DNA from: Acidimicrobiales bacterium
GTDB taxonomy: Bacteria; Actinomycetota; Acidimicrobiia; Acidimicrobiales; Aldehydirespiratoraceae
Reading direction: 5' to 3'
Assembly (NCBI GenBank): GCA_965116965.1
Contig: OZ220743.1
Location: 3,958,628 to 4,022,627, forward strand
DNA length: 64,000 nt
The notes beneath the pieces are model-generated. The model was not told where the DNA came from. It made no database searches and was given only the letters and a program-made list of their open reading frames with translations. Each line of letters begins with the position of its first letter. Position 1 is the first letter of the stretch. The translations under genes were made by a program, and so were the position numbers. Below are positions 62,668 to 64,000 of the stretch, in pieces.

Positions 62668-64000
62668 TCGAAAAGGCCCTTCCACACCCGCGTCACCCAT
62701 GGGCACACGTCCACGAGCACCGGTGCGGCCCTGGGCATCGGAGGTGACGGTGAGCATCGGGGCTTGCGTTCGCGAGTGCGAGAAGTTGGTCAAGATCCCC
62801 GACCCCATCGAAAGGACATCCCCGACATCGGTCTGCAGGGGATCGCTGACTCGGCCCGGTACCGCCTCGGTGTGGTCAACGTGCTGGTTCGAAACGCGGG
62901 GGCGGCTTGGCCACGGCGTTGGCTCGCGGCCTCATCGAACAGGCCGCCTGTTGGGACTGGGCGCTCGCGACCGGTGCCGGTGTGGACCACCCCGACCAGT
63001 GGGCCACCGCCTCGAAGTCGACGGCCTGCCGAGAGCTGGCCCGAGATGCCGATGACGAGACCTGGCTCGCAATGGCTGCTCCCGACAGGTGTATCCGTCG
63101 CCTCGTCGGCGGGTCCCGCCCAACCCGACAACGCCGGCGACGCGGTTCGCCGTATCGGCCCAGGCCTGCACGGCGCGGGCTCAGCCCGCTCGGGTTCGCT
63201 GGGCTGACGTCGGCGTACCGGATCCTCGACGTGCCCGCCCACAGCCACCACCTCGGCGCAGTCATCTTGGCCGAGCAACTCGATCCGGAACTCCCGGACC
63301 GTCTCGCCGCGGTCGCCACCCAGCTGGGCGCCGCCGGTACGACGGCGGCGACGTTCGCTGTGGCCGATGACACCGTCACGTCGCGACGCGGCGACCACAC
63401 GGTTCGAGGTCGTGGCACCACAGGTGAGTGCGATCCACGGGGCTACCGGCCCAAAACATCACCTCCACAGCGCCGCCCGCCGCACTCCAGGCAGACGCGA
63501 CCGGTGACTGTTGCGTCATCGATCAGCCGCATGCCGCCGGCCACGCCTGACATGACCGAACTCGGACTGAAGTTCCTGCAGCCGTCGACGGCCTCACCCG
63601 CGTCGCGGCGTCCGCAGAGAGGTCGAGGCCGAAGACCTCTGTGCGTGGATCGCACATCACAGGCTTCCGGCTCTCACTGTCGAACCTGCCGATCATGCGC
63701 GGAGCGCTGGAAGGGACTCTCGGCAAAGCGCTGTTGCCGATCAGCGCCCGGATGCTCTATGGGGACGGCGCCCGATCGCACTGGCTCCCCCACAGCGCCA
63801 CCACCGCAACCAGGTGTGAGTCGCTGAAGGCGCTCGTCAACGACGGCGCGCAACGTCGAGATCGAATCGCCACCAGCCTGCAGTCCGACAGCGTCCCAAG
63901 ACCCATCATCGAGGAACTGCTCGGACCCGCCGTCAACACCCCACACTTCGACCCAGGAGAGCCGGGCCATGCCCACTCCGGGCGAGATGCTCCCACTCGC

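Noticed and set aside
53079-62700. Possibility that any of the repeat arrays is a CRISPR array.
   Set aside because: All the arrays are head-to-tail tandem repeats or short boxes without unique spacers of about 30 bp. No cas genes are present in the window.
62700-64000. Several mutually overlapping ORFs: 62790..63398 minus, 62876..63421 minus, 62907..63827 plus and 63674..63976 minus. There is also an unlisted plus-frame ORF from the ATG at 63695 that runs off the window (MRGALEGTLGKALLPISARMLYGDGARSHW...).
   Set aside because: Some segments look protein-like, for example ...LGAVILAEQLDPELPDRLAAVATQLGAAG... on the plus strand. The 63695 frame also has the better third-position GC by eye. However, I recognise no domain, and the frames conflict or degrade into Arg/Pro-rich runs. 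The coding content is left unresolved rather than called, and it may be further pseudogene debris.
10065-64000. Search for an integrase, recombinase, relaxase or Rep initiator to define the island or plasmid remnant.
   Set aside because: I found no tyrosine or serine recombinase motifs, relaxase motifs or Rep-like P-loop/HUH motifs in any long ORF. Only the IstB and IS3-OrfA remnants were seen.

Overview
This is a high-GC, actinobacterial-type window. Positions 1-9.8 kb carry ordinary chromosomal genes: an ABC transporter, an LLM oxidoreductase, a UbiD/UbiX pair, an FAD oxidoreductase and YqeC. This block ends at a tRNA-Sec gene (selC, 9969-10064). Directly 3' of the tRNA the sequence turns AT-rich, and the remaining 54 kb or more reads as an accessory island. 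The island stacks several defence-like modules:
(1) Two giant nuclease/NACHT-like NTPase/helical-repeat proteins (1540 and 2178 aa) separated by a small GIY-YIG-like ORF.
(2) A translationally coupled pair made of an unknown 579-aa protein and a 914-aa double-HKD (PLD) nuclease, flanked by IS remnants.
(3) A ubiquitin-like conjugation operon (multiubiquitin, E2-like, JAB-E1 fusion). It lies head-to-head with a coupled cluster of a sigma-70-like protein, an unknown 304-aa protein and a Rad50/SMC-like ATPase, followed by an RDD membrane protein.
(4) A UvrD-like helicase, YgjP and HsdR/S/M (type I R-M), plus an upstream 532-aa protein with a C-terminal HEPN-like RxxxxH motif.
(5) A four-gene cluster of an LRV-repeat protein, a MoxR AAA ATPase, a vWA/DUF2201 protein and a small LRV protein.
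The right third (52.6-63 kb) looks like a decayed plasmid/ICE-type backbone. It holds an XRE regulator with a palindromic operator, two iteron-like arrays, multiply frameshifted murA-like and parA genes, an RHH partner and centromere-like repeats. It also holds three very large back-to-back tandem arrays (49, 46 and 18 bp units) and a field of GACGCGAAAAT boxes. I found no integrase, CRISPR array, rRNA or second att copy in the window. My best candidate for an undescribed system is the seven-gene unit at 29.07-35.92 kb, which combines the ubiquitin-like conjugation genes with the sigma-like/unknown/SMC-like/RDD cluster. All family calls come from motif reading by eye; no database search was possible.
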